64,000 nt of DNA from positions 2,176,001-2,240,000 of the forward strand of contig OZ253665.1 in NCBI GenBank assembly GCA_965263295.1, in the 5' to 3' direction. Shown piece after piece: positions 1 through 9,368 of this stretch; the stretch's first letter is position 1, and each line of letters opens with the position of its first letter. The position numbers were made by a program, and so were the translations under genes. Under the pieces are notes generated by a model. That model did not search any database and was not told the origin of the DNA. It saw only the letters and a program-made list of their open reading frames with translations. This DNA comes from Spirochaetia bacterium. Lineage in GTDB: Bacteria; Spirochaetota; Spirochaetia; SP-2023.

Positions 1-452
1 TGAGCCAGACGCTGTAATACAGGTCGAGTCTTCTCTATATCCAACTTTGCAGTCTTGCCAATGAAATAAAAATCATCTGTAATAGAAATAATCAGCCCGC
101 GCTGGTCTTGGGTAACGACAACCTGTTCTCGGCGGTTCTCGGTTTTAAATATATTGACAGCTTTTTGCCGTGCCTTATCCAAGCGCCGCAATGGCGTCAC
201 AGATGGCAGTGCCATTACATTGTTACCCAATTCGGCCAATGGACCAGATTCCAGGGTGTTGCCCCCCTGTAGGACCCCCATATTGTTAAGGCTCGCCATA
301 ATCAGTTGCAAGCGTTGGGTCTCTTCAATCGGAGGGTTGACCAGCAAAACAAAAAAGCACAAGAGGAGGGTGACCATGTCACCATAGGTCGCCATCCATT
401 CGGGCAGGCCTTCTTTACACTTATGCTTCTTTTCTGGCATATCGTCAGCCAT
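1..452 (-). CDS. motB: Flagellar stator protein MotB (3' end runs off the window)
   Basis: Not in the ORF track. Manual translation from ATG at 452 (RBS AAGGAG) gives MADDMPEKKHKCKEGLPEWMATYGDMVTLLLCFFVLL, the MotB TM motif with its conserved Asp. Directly downstream of motA. Confidence 0.93.
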   Translation of the reverse strand, partial: MADDMPEKKHKCKEGLPEWMATYGDMVTLLLCFFVLLVNPPIEETQRLQLIMASLNNMGVLQGGNTLESGPLAELGNNVMALPSVTPLRRLDKARQKAVNIFKTENRREQVVVTQDQRGLIISITDDFYFIGKTAKLDIEKTRPVLQRLA

Positions 453-538
453 GAACCGAACTCCTTTGCCAATATAATAATTACCATGCAGCTGCCATAA
501 TACATACTAAGCACTTACAGAGTTATTATTTTTGCAAC

Positions 539-1312
539 TTAATCTCCCAGATTGGACGGTCTCATGCTGGGGGCTAAGAACGAGTAAAGCTTAGTTTCGA
601 GAATCTTGGGATTTTCGCCGCCGGCAATTCCCATAAGACCTTCAACCATAATGTCATATTTCAACATCTCATCAGCATTACGATCTTCCAGCTTATTCTG
701 AAAGGGAATCAACCAAGCATTGGCCAGAACGGAACCATACAGGGTCGTAATTAGAGCCACCGCCATGTTTGGGCCAAGCGAAGCTGCGTCACTCAAGTTA
801 GCCAGCAGGCCAATCAGCCCCAGAAGTGTTCCGATCATCCCAAAAGCCGGACCCAGCGAGGCCCAGCGCTGAAAGAACGCCATGCCGGAGCCGTGTCGCT
901 CTTCCGTCTTACTTTGCTGGGAGTAGAGCATTTTCTTTACAATGGCAGGATCTGTACCATCAACGATCATGCGCATGCCGTTACGCAAAAAAGGCTCGTC
1001 AATATCATTCACGGCATCATCAAGTGACAGGAGTCCTTCTTTGCGAGCGCTCTCGGCGAAACCGACCAACTGGGTAATAGTTACTTCATAATTATTCGGT
1101 TGCAAATTACCGACAATTCTGCAGTATTGCATAAAACTTTTGGTAATAACGTCCAATGGTGAAGCCGTTACCATGGCCGCGAAGGAACCACCGACAACGA
1201 TCAACAAAGATGGAGCGTCGACATATAGAGACATGGAGTTGCCACCGATCAAAATACCGACAACAAGCAGGGCAAAGGTGGAGACCAAACCAGCCAGCGT
1301 AGCTATATCCAT
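539..1312 (-). CDS. motA: Flagellar stator protein MotA/PomA family
   Basis: ARKEGLLSLD, GPAFGMIGTLLGLI and MAVALITTLYG motifs; flagellar context. Confidence 0.96.
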   Translation of the reverse strand: MDIATLAGLVSTFALLVVGILIGGNSMSLYVDAPSLLIVVGGSFAAMVTASPLDVITKSFMQYCRIVGNLQPNNYEVTITQLVGFAESARKEGLLSLDDAVNDIDEPFLRNGMRMIVDGTDPAIVKKMLYSQQSKTEERHGSGMAFFQRWASLGPAFGMIGTLLGLIGLLANLSDAASLGPNMAVALITTLYGSVLANAWLIPFQNKLEDRNADEMLKYDIMVEGLMGIAGGENPKILETKLYSFLAPSMRPSNLGD

Positions 1313-1416
1313 ATAAATCTCCCTTGTGTTTTCTGGAAACGTCAGCGTTATTGTACGAATCTAATCAGCTGTTGCTAGTAGAGCCCCAGTTTTATATTCA
1401 ACAGTAAAATAGTTTC

Positions 1417-1623
1417 TCAAGTTTCATTTTTAAACACGCCAATATTGCGGCGATATAGAATAATCCTCTTAATAACGATTTCCACTGTTTCCATTACCCG
1501 TAAGCGCTTGCCTGAAAGCATTACCAAGGTCGGATTGTGCGCATCGTTTTCAATGTACTCAATCTGATGTGGGTTGATAAAAATCTCCCGCTGTTGGGTT
1601 CCCAGTAAGGTTACTTTTACCAC
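1417..1623 (-). CDS. flbD: Flagellar FlbD (SwrD) family protein
   Basis: 68 aa with FINPHQIEYIE...PTLVMLSGKRLRVMET; lies between flgE and motA as in spirochaetes and Firmicutes. Confidence 0.88.
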   Translation of the reverse strand: MVKVTLLGTQQREIFINPHQIEYIENDAHNPTLVMLSGKRLRVMETVEIVIKRIILYRRNIGVFKNET

Positions 1624-1736
1624 AACCTGCCCCCTTGCATTATCTGGCTAAGCTCCAGACCACGATACGGCAGATCACCCCTCAGCCAGTCCGAGCTGGT
1701 ACGGAGCGCTCAGTACAATCCCACCAATATTAAAGC

Positions 1737-3191
1737 TTAGCGCTTTAAGGTCAGCAACTCCTGAAGAAGCTGGTCGGAAGTCTGAATCGTGCGACTGTTC
1801 GCCTGAAAACCACGCTGTGTGGTAATCATATCGACAAACTCCTGCGCCAGGTCCACATTTGACATTTCAAGGGTGCCAGATGCAATACTTCCCTTACCGG
1901 CGGTCAGGGCTTCTCCGATACGGGCTTCACCAGAGTTCACAGTCTGCATGAAGTTGTTACTGCCGCGCTTCTCCAGTCCCCCCGGATTTGTGAACGTCGC
2001 CATCGCGACTTGCGCCAGAGTCTTGCGGGTGCCATTGTCATAAATACCCGTAACAACACCGCGATTGTCGATTTCATACTGAGTTAAATACCCTAACTTA
2101 TAGCCGTCCTGCCGGACGGCTTTTGAAGATGCCGCAGCACTGTCTTGGGTCAAAGAATCATTAAAATCACCGACATCACCAGCATCAAAGGTAATAAGCT
2201 GGCGTTCCAAGGCTCCTGCCGCATCAGGGTTTGAGTTCTGGACGTCATAAGCTAGCTGTAAACTAAGATTAAAACCGGGGACAGGGTTGCCGTCGGCATC
2301 TACGGCACCTTCAACCACGTTGCCCGCAGCATCCGTAATCTGTTGGATGCCGCCACTATTGTCAAATTGCACGGTGAAAGTATTTCCCGTACCAGCTGCG
2401 GGTACACCCGCCCCGATGGCGATAGCTGTATTTCCGCCATCCGTCACCACACCTTCAGCATCGGTAGTGGGGTCGACATAAGAAGTGACCGTCCAGTTAT
2501 TGGGGATTGGATTGCCGGCACCATCAAGAGAACGGGTAAAGTCCAGGCGCAACGAATGCTCACTGCCAAAACCGTCGTAAACAGTTTTCGTCACAGACCA
2601 GGTGCCTTGTGCCACCTGGTCTGGAGTGGCGTTGGGAGGAACGACAGGAAGGTTCTTATCCAGATTACAGGCCAGGTCTACCTTGGCCGTAGCTTGGGGC
2701 TTCAATTTGCCATACAGAGGGATGGAAATCGAATCGGGAGTCGCCGAAGTATTCAAACGCTCATTTTCATCGGCAGCCCATCCAAGGACACGCATACCGG
2801 AGGCCGGATTGACCAATACTCCGTCGGTGTCAATGCTAAATGCACCGTCTCGGCTGTACATAACCTGGTCGCCCTGCTGCAGCATAAAAAAACCATTGCC
2901 TTTGATGGCCAGGTCCGAAGACAGCCCGGTACCTTCCAGACTACCCTGGGTATGGATGGTGTCAATGGTGGCCACACTCATGCCAATACCAATTTGCTTG
3001 GGGTTAATGCCGCCAATATTTTCGTTGGGTCGCGAAGCGCTGCCCTGGTTTTGATAAATAATATCCTGAAAGTTTACGCGATTCTTTTTAAAGCCATGCG
3101 TATTGACGTTAGCAATATTATTGCCAAGCACATCCATACGCTTCTGGTGATTTTGTAGGCCGGAGACGCCTGAGAATAAAGAACGCATCAT
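1737..3191 (-). CDS. flgE: Flagellar hook protein FlgE
   Basis: Start revised to MMRSLFSGVSGL (ATG 3191, RBS GGAGG). Contains GNNIANVNTHGFK and LEMSNVDLAQEFVDMITTQRGFQANSRTIQTSD. Confidence 0.97.
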   Translation of the reverse strand: MMRSLFSGVSGLQNHQKRMDVLGNNIANVNTHGFKKNRVNFQDIIYQNQGSASRPNENIGGINPKQIGIGMSVATIDTIHTQGSLEGTGLSSDLAIKGNGFFMLQQGDQVMYSRDGAFSIDTDGVLVNPASGMRVLGWAADENERLNTSATPDSISIPLYGKLKPQATAKVDLACNLDKNLPVVPPNATPDQVAQGTWSVTKTVYDGFGSEHSLRLDFTRSLDGAGNPIPNNWTVTSYVDPTTDAEGVVTDGGNTAIAIGAGVPAAGTGNTFTVQFDNSGGIQQITDAAGNVVEGAVDADGNPVPGFNLSLQLAYDVQNSNPDAAGALERQLITFDAGDVGDFNDSLTQDSAAASSKAVRQDGYKLGYLTQYEIDNRGVVTGIYDNGTRKTLAQVAMATFTNPGGLEKRGSNNFMQTVNSGEARIGEALTAGKGSIASGTLEMSNVDLAQEFVDMITTQRGFQANSRTIQTSDQLLQELLTLKR

Positions 3192-3286
3192 ATAGCGGCT
3201 AACCTCCCGTAACTTCCTTGTTACCTTGGTATATAAGTTTTTACATCCTTGTCGCAGAACCCAGAGATTGGGAAACGCTAAGCCTA

Positions 3287-3313
3287 ATTTCGGCGGATAG
3301 GGTATTAGCTTTA
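3287..3313 (-). promoter_or_regulatory. Sigma-28 (FliA) promoter upstream of flgE
   Basis: Minus strand reads TAAA-GCTAATACCCTATCC(15 nt)-GCCGAAAT; consensus is TAAA-N15-GCCGATAA. Confidence 0.7.
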
Positions 3314-3370
3314 GCCTTTTAACACGGTTAGCCGAAAAAAAGGAAACCTGTAGCACAAATGCAATTCCCA

Positions 3371-4822
3371 TTAGTTATCTGCAACGATACCCTCTCTGTG
3401 CCGCCTTTGTAAGGCAAAGTAGTACAGAAATGTAAGCAATAAAATAAAAAATACCCCTACGATGTAGGAAATCTGCCAAGATAGATTGAAACCTATCTGG
3501 GCATTCAGGATATATGTCAGACTCGCATACAATATAAAAATTCCCGGAGCAAGAATCAGCAAGTGTGTCCAAAATAACCGGGCCCCATAATGGCGATGAT
3601 AAACATACGCGGCACCCGTATACAGTGCAATTCCCGCCAAAGTCTGATTGGCCCAGGAGAAATAGCGCCATAGTAGGTTAAAGTCAATAAACAACAGTAA
3701 TAAAGCTACAGCAAATACAGGTATCACAATTACATAGCGATTCCTTACTTTATTCTGGGGTAAATTGAGGTACTCTGCGATAATCAGGCGCAAACTGCGA
3801 AACGCTGTGTCACCCGAACTTACCGGCAGAAAAATCACGCCCAAAACGGCCAAAGACCCCGCAAAGACCCCCAGCTTCATGATGCTTGTTTGCTGCACGA
3901 TATAGGCTGGACCCCCTGTTTCTAAAGCTTCGGCTAGACCTTTATTTCCACCGAACAAGGCCATGGCAGCCGCGGCCCAAATCATAGCAATAATACCCTC
4001 GGCAACCATCATACCATAGAAAATAAATCTCCCATGTTCCTCGTTCTTCATTGTGCGGGCAATCAAAGGTGATTGTGAAGAATGGAAACCAGAAAGCAAG
4101 CCACATGTAACCGTCATAAAAAACATAGGGAATAAAGGCAAATGTCTTGGGTGTATATTCTCAAGGCGAATATTAGGGATTGGATCCCCCGATAGGACCA
4201 TGGAAACCCCTATAAAAAGGGCGCTGCCAAACAAGAAAACAGAAAAAAAAGGATAAATTTTACCTATGATTTTATCGATGGGCAGAATTGTAGCGATAAT
4301 ATAATACATAAAGATTACCGCCACACTGACCCAATACACCCATTTGCTGTCCCCGCCTGAAAAAGTGCTGTCAATCAACATGGCGGGCGTAGTCACAAAT
4401 ACCGTGCCGACAAGTAATAATAATAACATGGAAAAAAAGTGAAAAATATGCTTAGTCGCCGGAGATATCAGATGCGAGGCCAACGCCGGCGCACTGCTGC
4501 CTTGATTGCGAATTGAAGCCATTCCTATTGAATAGTCATGTACCGCACCACCCAATATATTCACTATCGGAATCAGCAAAAACGCAACCGGGCCAAACAG
4601 TCCGCCTAGAATGGGCCCGAAAACGGGCCCTGTGCCAGCAATATTTAACAACTGAATCAACGCATTCCGCTTCTTATTCATAGGTATATTATCAAAACCA
4701 TCTGCGTTTAAATAAGCCGGTGTCTGTGTGCTTTTATTTGGTTGAAAAATCCTTTCTATCAATACGCCATAGGTAAAATACCCTAATATCAGGAACAAGA
4801 TTCCCCCGATAAAGCTGAACAT
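3371..4822 (-). CDS. cstA: Carbon starvation protein A family peptide/pyruvate transporter
   Basis: LIQLLNIAGTGPVFGPILG, TVTCGLLSGFHSSQSP, FYGMMVAEG and SSGDTAFRSLR; many TM helices. Confidence 0.93.
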   Translation of the reverse strand: MFSFIGGILFLILGYFTYGVLIERIFQPNKSTQTPAYLNADGFDNIPMNKKRNALIQLLNIAGTGPVFGPILGGLFGPVAFLLIPIVNILGGAVHDYSIGMASIRNQGSSAPALASHLISPATKHIFHFFSMLLLLLVGTVFVTTPAMLIDSTFSGGDSKWVYWVSVAVIFMYYIIATILPIDKIIGKIYPFFSVFLFGSALFIGVSMVLSGDPIPNIRLENIHPRHLPLFPMFFMTVTCGLLSGFHSSQSPLIARTMKNEEHGRFIFYGMMVAEGIIAMIWAAAAMALFGGNKGLAEALETGGPAYIVQQTSIMKLGVFAGSLAVLGVIFLPVSSGDTAFRSLRLIIAEYLNLPQNKVRNRYVIVIPVFAVALLLLFIDFNLLWRYFSWANQTLAGIALYTGAAYVYHRHYGARLFWTHLLILAPGIFILYASLTYILNAQIGFNLSWQISYIVGVFFILLLTFLYYFALQRRHREGIVADN

Positions 4823-5170
4823 AACAAATCTCCTTAAATAAATATTTAATATAATATTATAAGATTAACACACATTTAGAACTATTTCAAATAAATTCTT
4901 ATCTGTATATCTTATTATTTTTTGATTCTAGAAAGTCTGATCCGCTTGCTTGGGATGCTTATTTGAGATGCTATGGCGAAATTCTGCCCAGGCCGAGGCT
5001 GACACCCGGCCGAAACACCTAATCCATACCATAATCTGTGATATATAATACAACTGGTAACGAATATTATGGCTTAAGTAATTGTAAAAAAAACCAAGAC
5101 CAATGCCTGCCATGATTTAGACATAATGAACGACAATGTCAATTTCCCACCCTTTTCGCGGATTTTTGTA

Positions 5171-5199
5171 TTGACAGATGAAACTTATATAATTAGATT
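5171..5199 (+). promoter_or_regulatory. Sigma-70 promoter of rpmF-acpP-rnc
   Basis: TTGACA-N17-TAGATT. Confidence 0.65.
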
Positions 5200-5232
5200 A
5201 TTCGCCATTCTATCGACTGAGAGGCTATAAGC

Positions 5233-5412
5233 ATGGCAGTGCCAAAACATAAACCTTCCCGATCTCGTTCTCGGCGCCGGCGCTCCGTTAATAATCGCGT
5301 CGCTGCGGTAAACCGCATAGCATGCAGCAACTGTGGAAACAGCAAGCTTTTGCACCGGGTTTGCCCCGCTTGTGGTTACTATCGTGGTCGTCAAGTTGTC
5401 GACGCCGAGTAG
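5233..5412 (+). CDS. rpmF: 50S ribosomal protein L32
   Basis: Below the ORF-track cutoff. Manual translation: MAVPKHKPSRSRSRRRRS...CSNCG...HRVCPACGYYRGRQV (59 aa); RBS GAGG. Confidence 0.96.
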   Translation: MAVPKHKPSRSRSRRRRSVNNRVAAVNRIACSNCGNSKLLHRVCPACGYYRGRQVVDAE

Positions 5413-5469
5413 GACTGTTTTTTATTTTTAGAATTATTCTAATATATTTTACACATAAGGAGTTGTTTC

Positions 5470-5715
5470 ATGAGCAAAGAAGAAATGTACGACAAGTTGA
5501 AAGACCTGGTAGTCGAAAAGCTAGAAGTGGAAGCCAGCAAAGTAACCGAAAGCGCTCGCTTCCGCGAAGATCTTGGGGCTGACAGCCTCGATACTTATGA
5601 ACTGCTATTTGCGATCCAGTCTGAGTTGGACATCCAGATTGAAGATGATAAAGCTGCCAGTTTTGAAACTGTCGGCGATGCTTACAAGTACATCTGCGAA
5701 GTCAAAGGGCTTTAG
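5470..5715 (+). CDS. acpP: Acyl carrier protein (housekeeping)
   Basis: DLGADSLD phosphopantetheine motif; rpmF-acpP-rnc order. Confidence 0.96.
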   Translation: MSKEEMYDKLKDLVVEKLEVEASKVTESARFREDLGADSLDTYELLFAIQSELDIQIEDDKAASFETVGDAYKYICEVKGL

Positions 5716-5737
5716 GCAAGTCACAGCGAGCTCAAGT

Positions 5738-5781
5738 TCAGAAGACAAAAGGCGTGGATTTCCACGCCTTTTGTCTTCTGA
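5738..5781 (+). promoter_or_regulatory. Perfect 21-bp inverted repeat between acpP and rnc (terminator or RNase III site)
   Basis: tcagaagacaaaaggcgtgga-tt-tccacgccttttgtcttctga. Confidence 0.75.
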
Positions 5782-5791
5782 GAAGCAAATA

Positions 5792-6556
5792 ATGATCACA
5801 CAGGATATCCTGCAGGAGCTGGAACGCATCTTTCCGTTTCGCTTTGCACGGCCCGAATTGTATCGACTGGCTTTAACTCATAGTTCCTACGCCAACGAGC
5901 AAAAGGGGGCTGCAAAGGCAGAGCATAACGAGCGTTTGGAACTCCTGGGGGACTCTGTACTGGGCTTATGTATCACAGAACACCTGTTCCATCGTTTTCC
6001 TGAACGCAATGAAGGCCAGCTATCCAAGCTAAAGTCCTACATTGTCAGCGCCGAGTCATTAGCTGCAGCCGCACGCGAACACGGCCTAAGCCAGTTTATC
6101 ATACTCGGTCGGGGCGAAAGCCAGGACGGGGGGCGCCATAAAGATTCTGTACTGGCTAATACAGTCGAAGCCTTGATAGGAGCTTCTTACCTAGACCGAG
6201 GATTGCAGCAAGCGCGCCAACTCGTCTTATTTTTGCTCAACGACCAGCTACAACGCTACCAATATCTTACTTATTCGCCTCAGGATGCCAAGCTCCAGCT
6301 CCAAGAATACGTGCAAAAATATTATAAGAATATGCCGGAGTACCGTACTATAGAGTTATTTGTACCACGCGAAGGTAGAAATAAAGCCAGCTATAAAAAT
6401 GGCCAAGGCCTTCAATCCTGTGGTTTTGAGTCCCGACTTTTCATTAACCAGGAATTTGTCTGTAGCGGGCGTGGCAATAGCAAAAAGCAAGCTGAAAAGC
6501 AGGCAGCAAAGCAGGCCCTGAAAGAAATTCTTGCGGCTGACGATCTGCCGGTCTGA
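5792..6556 (+). CDS. rnc: Ribonuclease III
   Basis: ALTHSSY, HNERLELLGDSVLG, ANTVEALIGA and dsRBD GRGNSKKQAEKQAA. Start revised to ATG 5792. Confidence 0.95.
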   Translation: MITQDILQELERIFPFRFARPELYRLALTHSSYANEQKGAAKAEHNERLELLGDSVLGLCITEHLFHRFPERNEGQLSKLKSYIVSAESLAAAAREHGLSQFIILGRGESQDGGRHKDSVLANTVEALIGASYLDRGLQQARQLVLFLLNDQLQRYQYLTYSPQDAKLQLQEYVQKYYKNMPEYRTIELFVPREGRNKASYKNGQGLQSCGFESRLFINQEFVCSGRGNSKKQAEKQAAKQALKEILAADDLPV

Positions 6557-6814
6557 GTTCTAGCGTTTTACACTCAATGTTGCTGGCAAAATATTTTGCC
6601 GATCTGAATGTGAATAATTGGCGATTAATCAAATCCGGCAAGTCGAATCTAAAAAACTAGTCAAGTTTCCCGCGAAATTTCGCCAAAACCCTAGTCCAAT
6701 AAAAAAACATCTTTTAATATAATCGGCTAGTATATGAAACGATCCTGCAAATTGAGGGACGGAAAGGTATTCATGCGACAACGGAAACCCACAGATACTC
6801 TCCGGCTGAGCCAA

Positions 6815-7927
6815 ATGCGCCCGGCATACAAGGTCAGCTTATCGACAGTTTTGTTATTGGTAAGCTTGATGGCCCCGCAAGCCCAAATGGCAGCACAAAC
6901 CGAGGCAGAACAAGTCCAAACGGACGTTCATTCACCAGACTCACAAAGCAATACAAGCAATGTAGGCGAAAATATTCGGGATGAAAGCCTGATTGTTTTA
7001 CTTAGCTTTGGCCAATCCTCAAAGCCCAGCCTCATATACAGTCTAAACTTTCGCGACTATCCCGGCCTGAGTGCCGCCTTCCTTTACTTGGCGCGCCACG
7101 AGGCCGAGTTGTACCAGAACGTAAGCTACTCTTCGACATACCAGGCATCTTACGGCCATGCTTTTAGCAGCTTGCCTGAGGGCAGCGGCATTTACAGTTT
7201 GCCCAACGCCCCATCCCTTGAACATCCGGCCCCCGGACTGGCTTTTTGGCGCAACGGCAGCATCTTACGCAGTGATATATTGTTTTTAGCGACAGCAGAA
7301 GTGGGCATGCGCGATCAAGGAAACCTAGTCTTTTTTGCCGAACTGCAACAAGATACTGAAAATTTGGCCCCTCTGCACCCCAGACAAGGCTTGCAGTTAT
7401 TCGGAGTAGAAGCCAAGACTCCGGAAGCCCAGGATTTTCTCGCCAGGTTAAGCCGCGATCGAGATGCTTACCTCGCCAGTCTTGACCAACTCTGGCAAGC
7501 CGATTTAAAACGGGACTGGCCAGATGTAAACACTATCATGCAAAGCAACCAAAGCAACCTTGCGGAATGGAAACGAGATGCTTTTGGTTACTACATCCGC
7601 ATGATAGAAGAACGCAAAGGCTCCCTTCCCAAAGTTGGCGAAGATCTGAACATAATCCTTGAGCGCAAGGCCTTTGCGGGACTGAGTGCCCAAAGTCTGC
7701 CCGTAATTGTTAACTTCGGCCGAGACACTCTGCCCATGCCCTTTGCCTACTACGTTGGTAAAACCCCCAAAGGTACCCGCGTAGAGATCATGTGTCCGCC
7801 TTCGGCAACTCGCAGCAAGCTCAGCACCTTAGCTGCTGAATACGGCGGAACCCGTTATCAATGGCTGTTAGATTCTTACAAAGGAACGGACTGGGTCTAC
7901 CTAAGTTTTTCTCTGGAAATTCAATAG
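6815..7927 (+). CDS. Exported protein, probably a degenerate cyclophilin-FKBP fusion (start uncertain)
   Basis: Signal peptide. The N-domain resembles the cyclophilin scaffold (YSLNFRDYPGLSAAFLYLA, SLEHPAPGL). The C-domain resembles FKBP (GYYIRMIEERKGSLPKVGE...PKGTRVEIMCPP). Confidence 0.55.
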   Translation: MRPAYKVSLSTVLLLVSLMAPQAQMAAQTEAEQVQTDVHSPDSQSNTSNVGENIRDESLIVLLSFGQSSKPSLIYSLNFRDYPGLSAAFLYLARHEAELYQNVSYSSTYQASYGHAFSSLPEGSGIYSLPNAPSLEHPAPGLAFWRNGSILRSDILFLATAEVGMRDQGNLVFFAELQQDTENLAPLHPRQGLQLFGVEAKTPEAQDFLARLSRDRDAYLASLDQLWQADLKRDWPDVNTIMQSNQSNLAEWKRDAFGYYIRMIEERKGSLPKVGEDLNIILERKAFAGLSAQSLPVIVNFGRDTLPMPFAYYVGKTPKGTRVEIMCPPSATRSKLSTLAAEYGGTRYQWLLDSYKGTDWVYLSFSLEIQ

Positions 7928-7950
7928 CAACACTCCCTGAGCTTTCGCGT

Positions 7951-9363
7951 TCAATCTTCATCCCCAGACTTTTCAACCAGTAAGTCTGACATCTTGTAAT
8001 CGTGAATCTTGCGATGGAGGGTTTTACGGCCAATCTGCAAGATCTTGGATGCTTGAGTCTTATTCCCTTTAGCATAAGCAATTGTAGCACGGATTGCGGC
8101 TTCTTCAATCTGCATCATGCTCGAACCTAAGGGAATACTAATTTTATCCACATCTTTCTGCTGCTGAAGTTTGGGAGGCAAATCTTCCGGCTGAATTGAC
8201 GATTGCTTACATAGAACCACAGCACTTTCCACAGTATTTTGCAACTCGCGAATATTGCCAGGCCAATAGTAATTGTACATTAATGTCAAAGCCTTAGGGC
8301 TAATCCCCTCAATGTAGGTACGGCGATTTTCCTTAACTGCCTGATCGAGAAAATATGGAATTAGAAACGGCAAATCTTCTTTGCGTTCGCGCAGTGACGG
8401 GATGTGAATATTCACTACATTTAAGCGATAAAAAAGGTCCTCGCGGAAACGGCCCTCGCTCACTTCTTCTTGCAGGTTGCGATTTGTCGCGGCAATGATG
8501 CGAACGTCGACCTCGATAGTCTGTTCGCCTCCAACGCGCTCAAAACTCTTTTGCTGCAGTACACGAAGTAATTTAATTTGCGTCGCTGCATCAATTTCGC
8601 CAATTTCATCTAAGAAAATGCTACCGCCGTCTGCCAACTCGAAACGGCCCTTGCGCCGTTGATTGGCACCGGTGAACGCCCCTTTTTCATGCCCAAACAG
8701 CTCACTTTCCAAGAGCGTCTGACTCAGAGCCGCACAGTGAACTTTTATCAGTTCCTTTTTTCGACGTTCGGAAAAGCGATGCAGCGACTCGGCCACCAAC
8801 TCTTTGCCGACCCCGCTCTCACCAGTAATCAGTACCGAAACGCGCGAATCTGCCACCTGCTCAATCATCTGGTAGACTCGCTGCATTCCAGGGTTCTTGC
8901 TGCTAAACTTAATATTTTTAGATTCGCGCGCGCGCAGGCGTTCAAGCTCCAGACTCAGCTCGCGATTCTGGCGCTTTAATTCACGTGATCCCAAGGCCCG
9001 TTCAACCAGTAATTCCAGGCGATCCAGGTTCACAGGTTTCGTCACAAAGTCATAGGCTCCGGCACGCATAGCCGCCACAGCATTCTCAATAGAGCCATGG
9101 CCAGTTAAAATAATAACTGGAACACTCATATAATCACGTTTGATACGCTCCAACAGTTCTTGACCATTGAGCTTCGGCATGCGCAAATCTATAATTGCCA
9201 GGTCTATATCCTCGGACTGTACCAGGTCCCAGGCCTTCTCTCCGTCCTCTGCCGTAAAAAAGACATAGTCGGGAGAGATACTCGACAAGGCTCTGCACAA
9301 GCCCTTGCAGATATTTGGCTCATCATCCGCTATCAAAATATGAAACGGGGATTGCTTTGCCAC
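7951..9363 (-). CDS. Sigma-54-dependent response regulator, NtrC/Rrp2-like (REC-AAA+-HTH)
   Basis: ILIADDE, DLRMP, GESGVGKE, ELFGHEKGAFTGA, FREDLFYRLNV, WPGNIRELQN and a Fis-type HTH. Confidence 0.93.
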   Translation of the reverse strand: MAKQSPFHILIADDEPNICKGLCRALSSISPDYVFFTAEDGEKAWDLVQSEDIDLAIIDLRMPKLNGQELLERIKRDYMSVPVIILTGHGSIENAVAAMRAGAYDFVTKPVNLDRLELLVERALGSRELKRQNRELSLELERLRARESKNIKFSSKNPGMQRVYQMIEQVADSRVSVLITGESGVGKELVAESLHRFSERRKKELIKVHCAALSQTLLESELFGHEKGAFTGANQRRKGRFELADGGSIFLDEIGEIDAATQIKLLRVLQQKSFERVGGEQTIEVDVRIIAATNRNLQEEVSEGRFREDLFYRLNVVNIHIPSLRERKEDLPFLIPYFLDQAVKENRRTYIEGISPKALTLMYNYYWPGNIRELQNTVESAVVLCKQSSIQPEDLPPKLQQQKDVDKISIPLGSSMMQIEEAAIRATIAYAKGNKTQASKILQIGRKTLHRKIHDYKMSDLLVEKSGDED

Positions 9364-9368
9364 CAGTT

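Noticed and set aside
8144..8152. Perfect DnaA box TTATCCACA
   Set aside because: A single copy inside a CDS, with no cluster.
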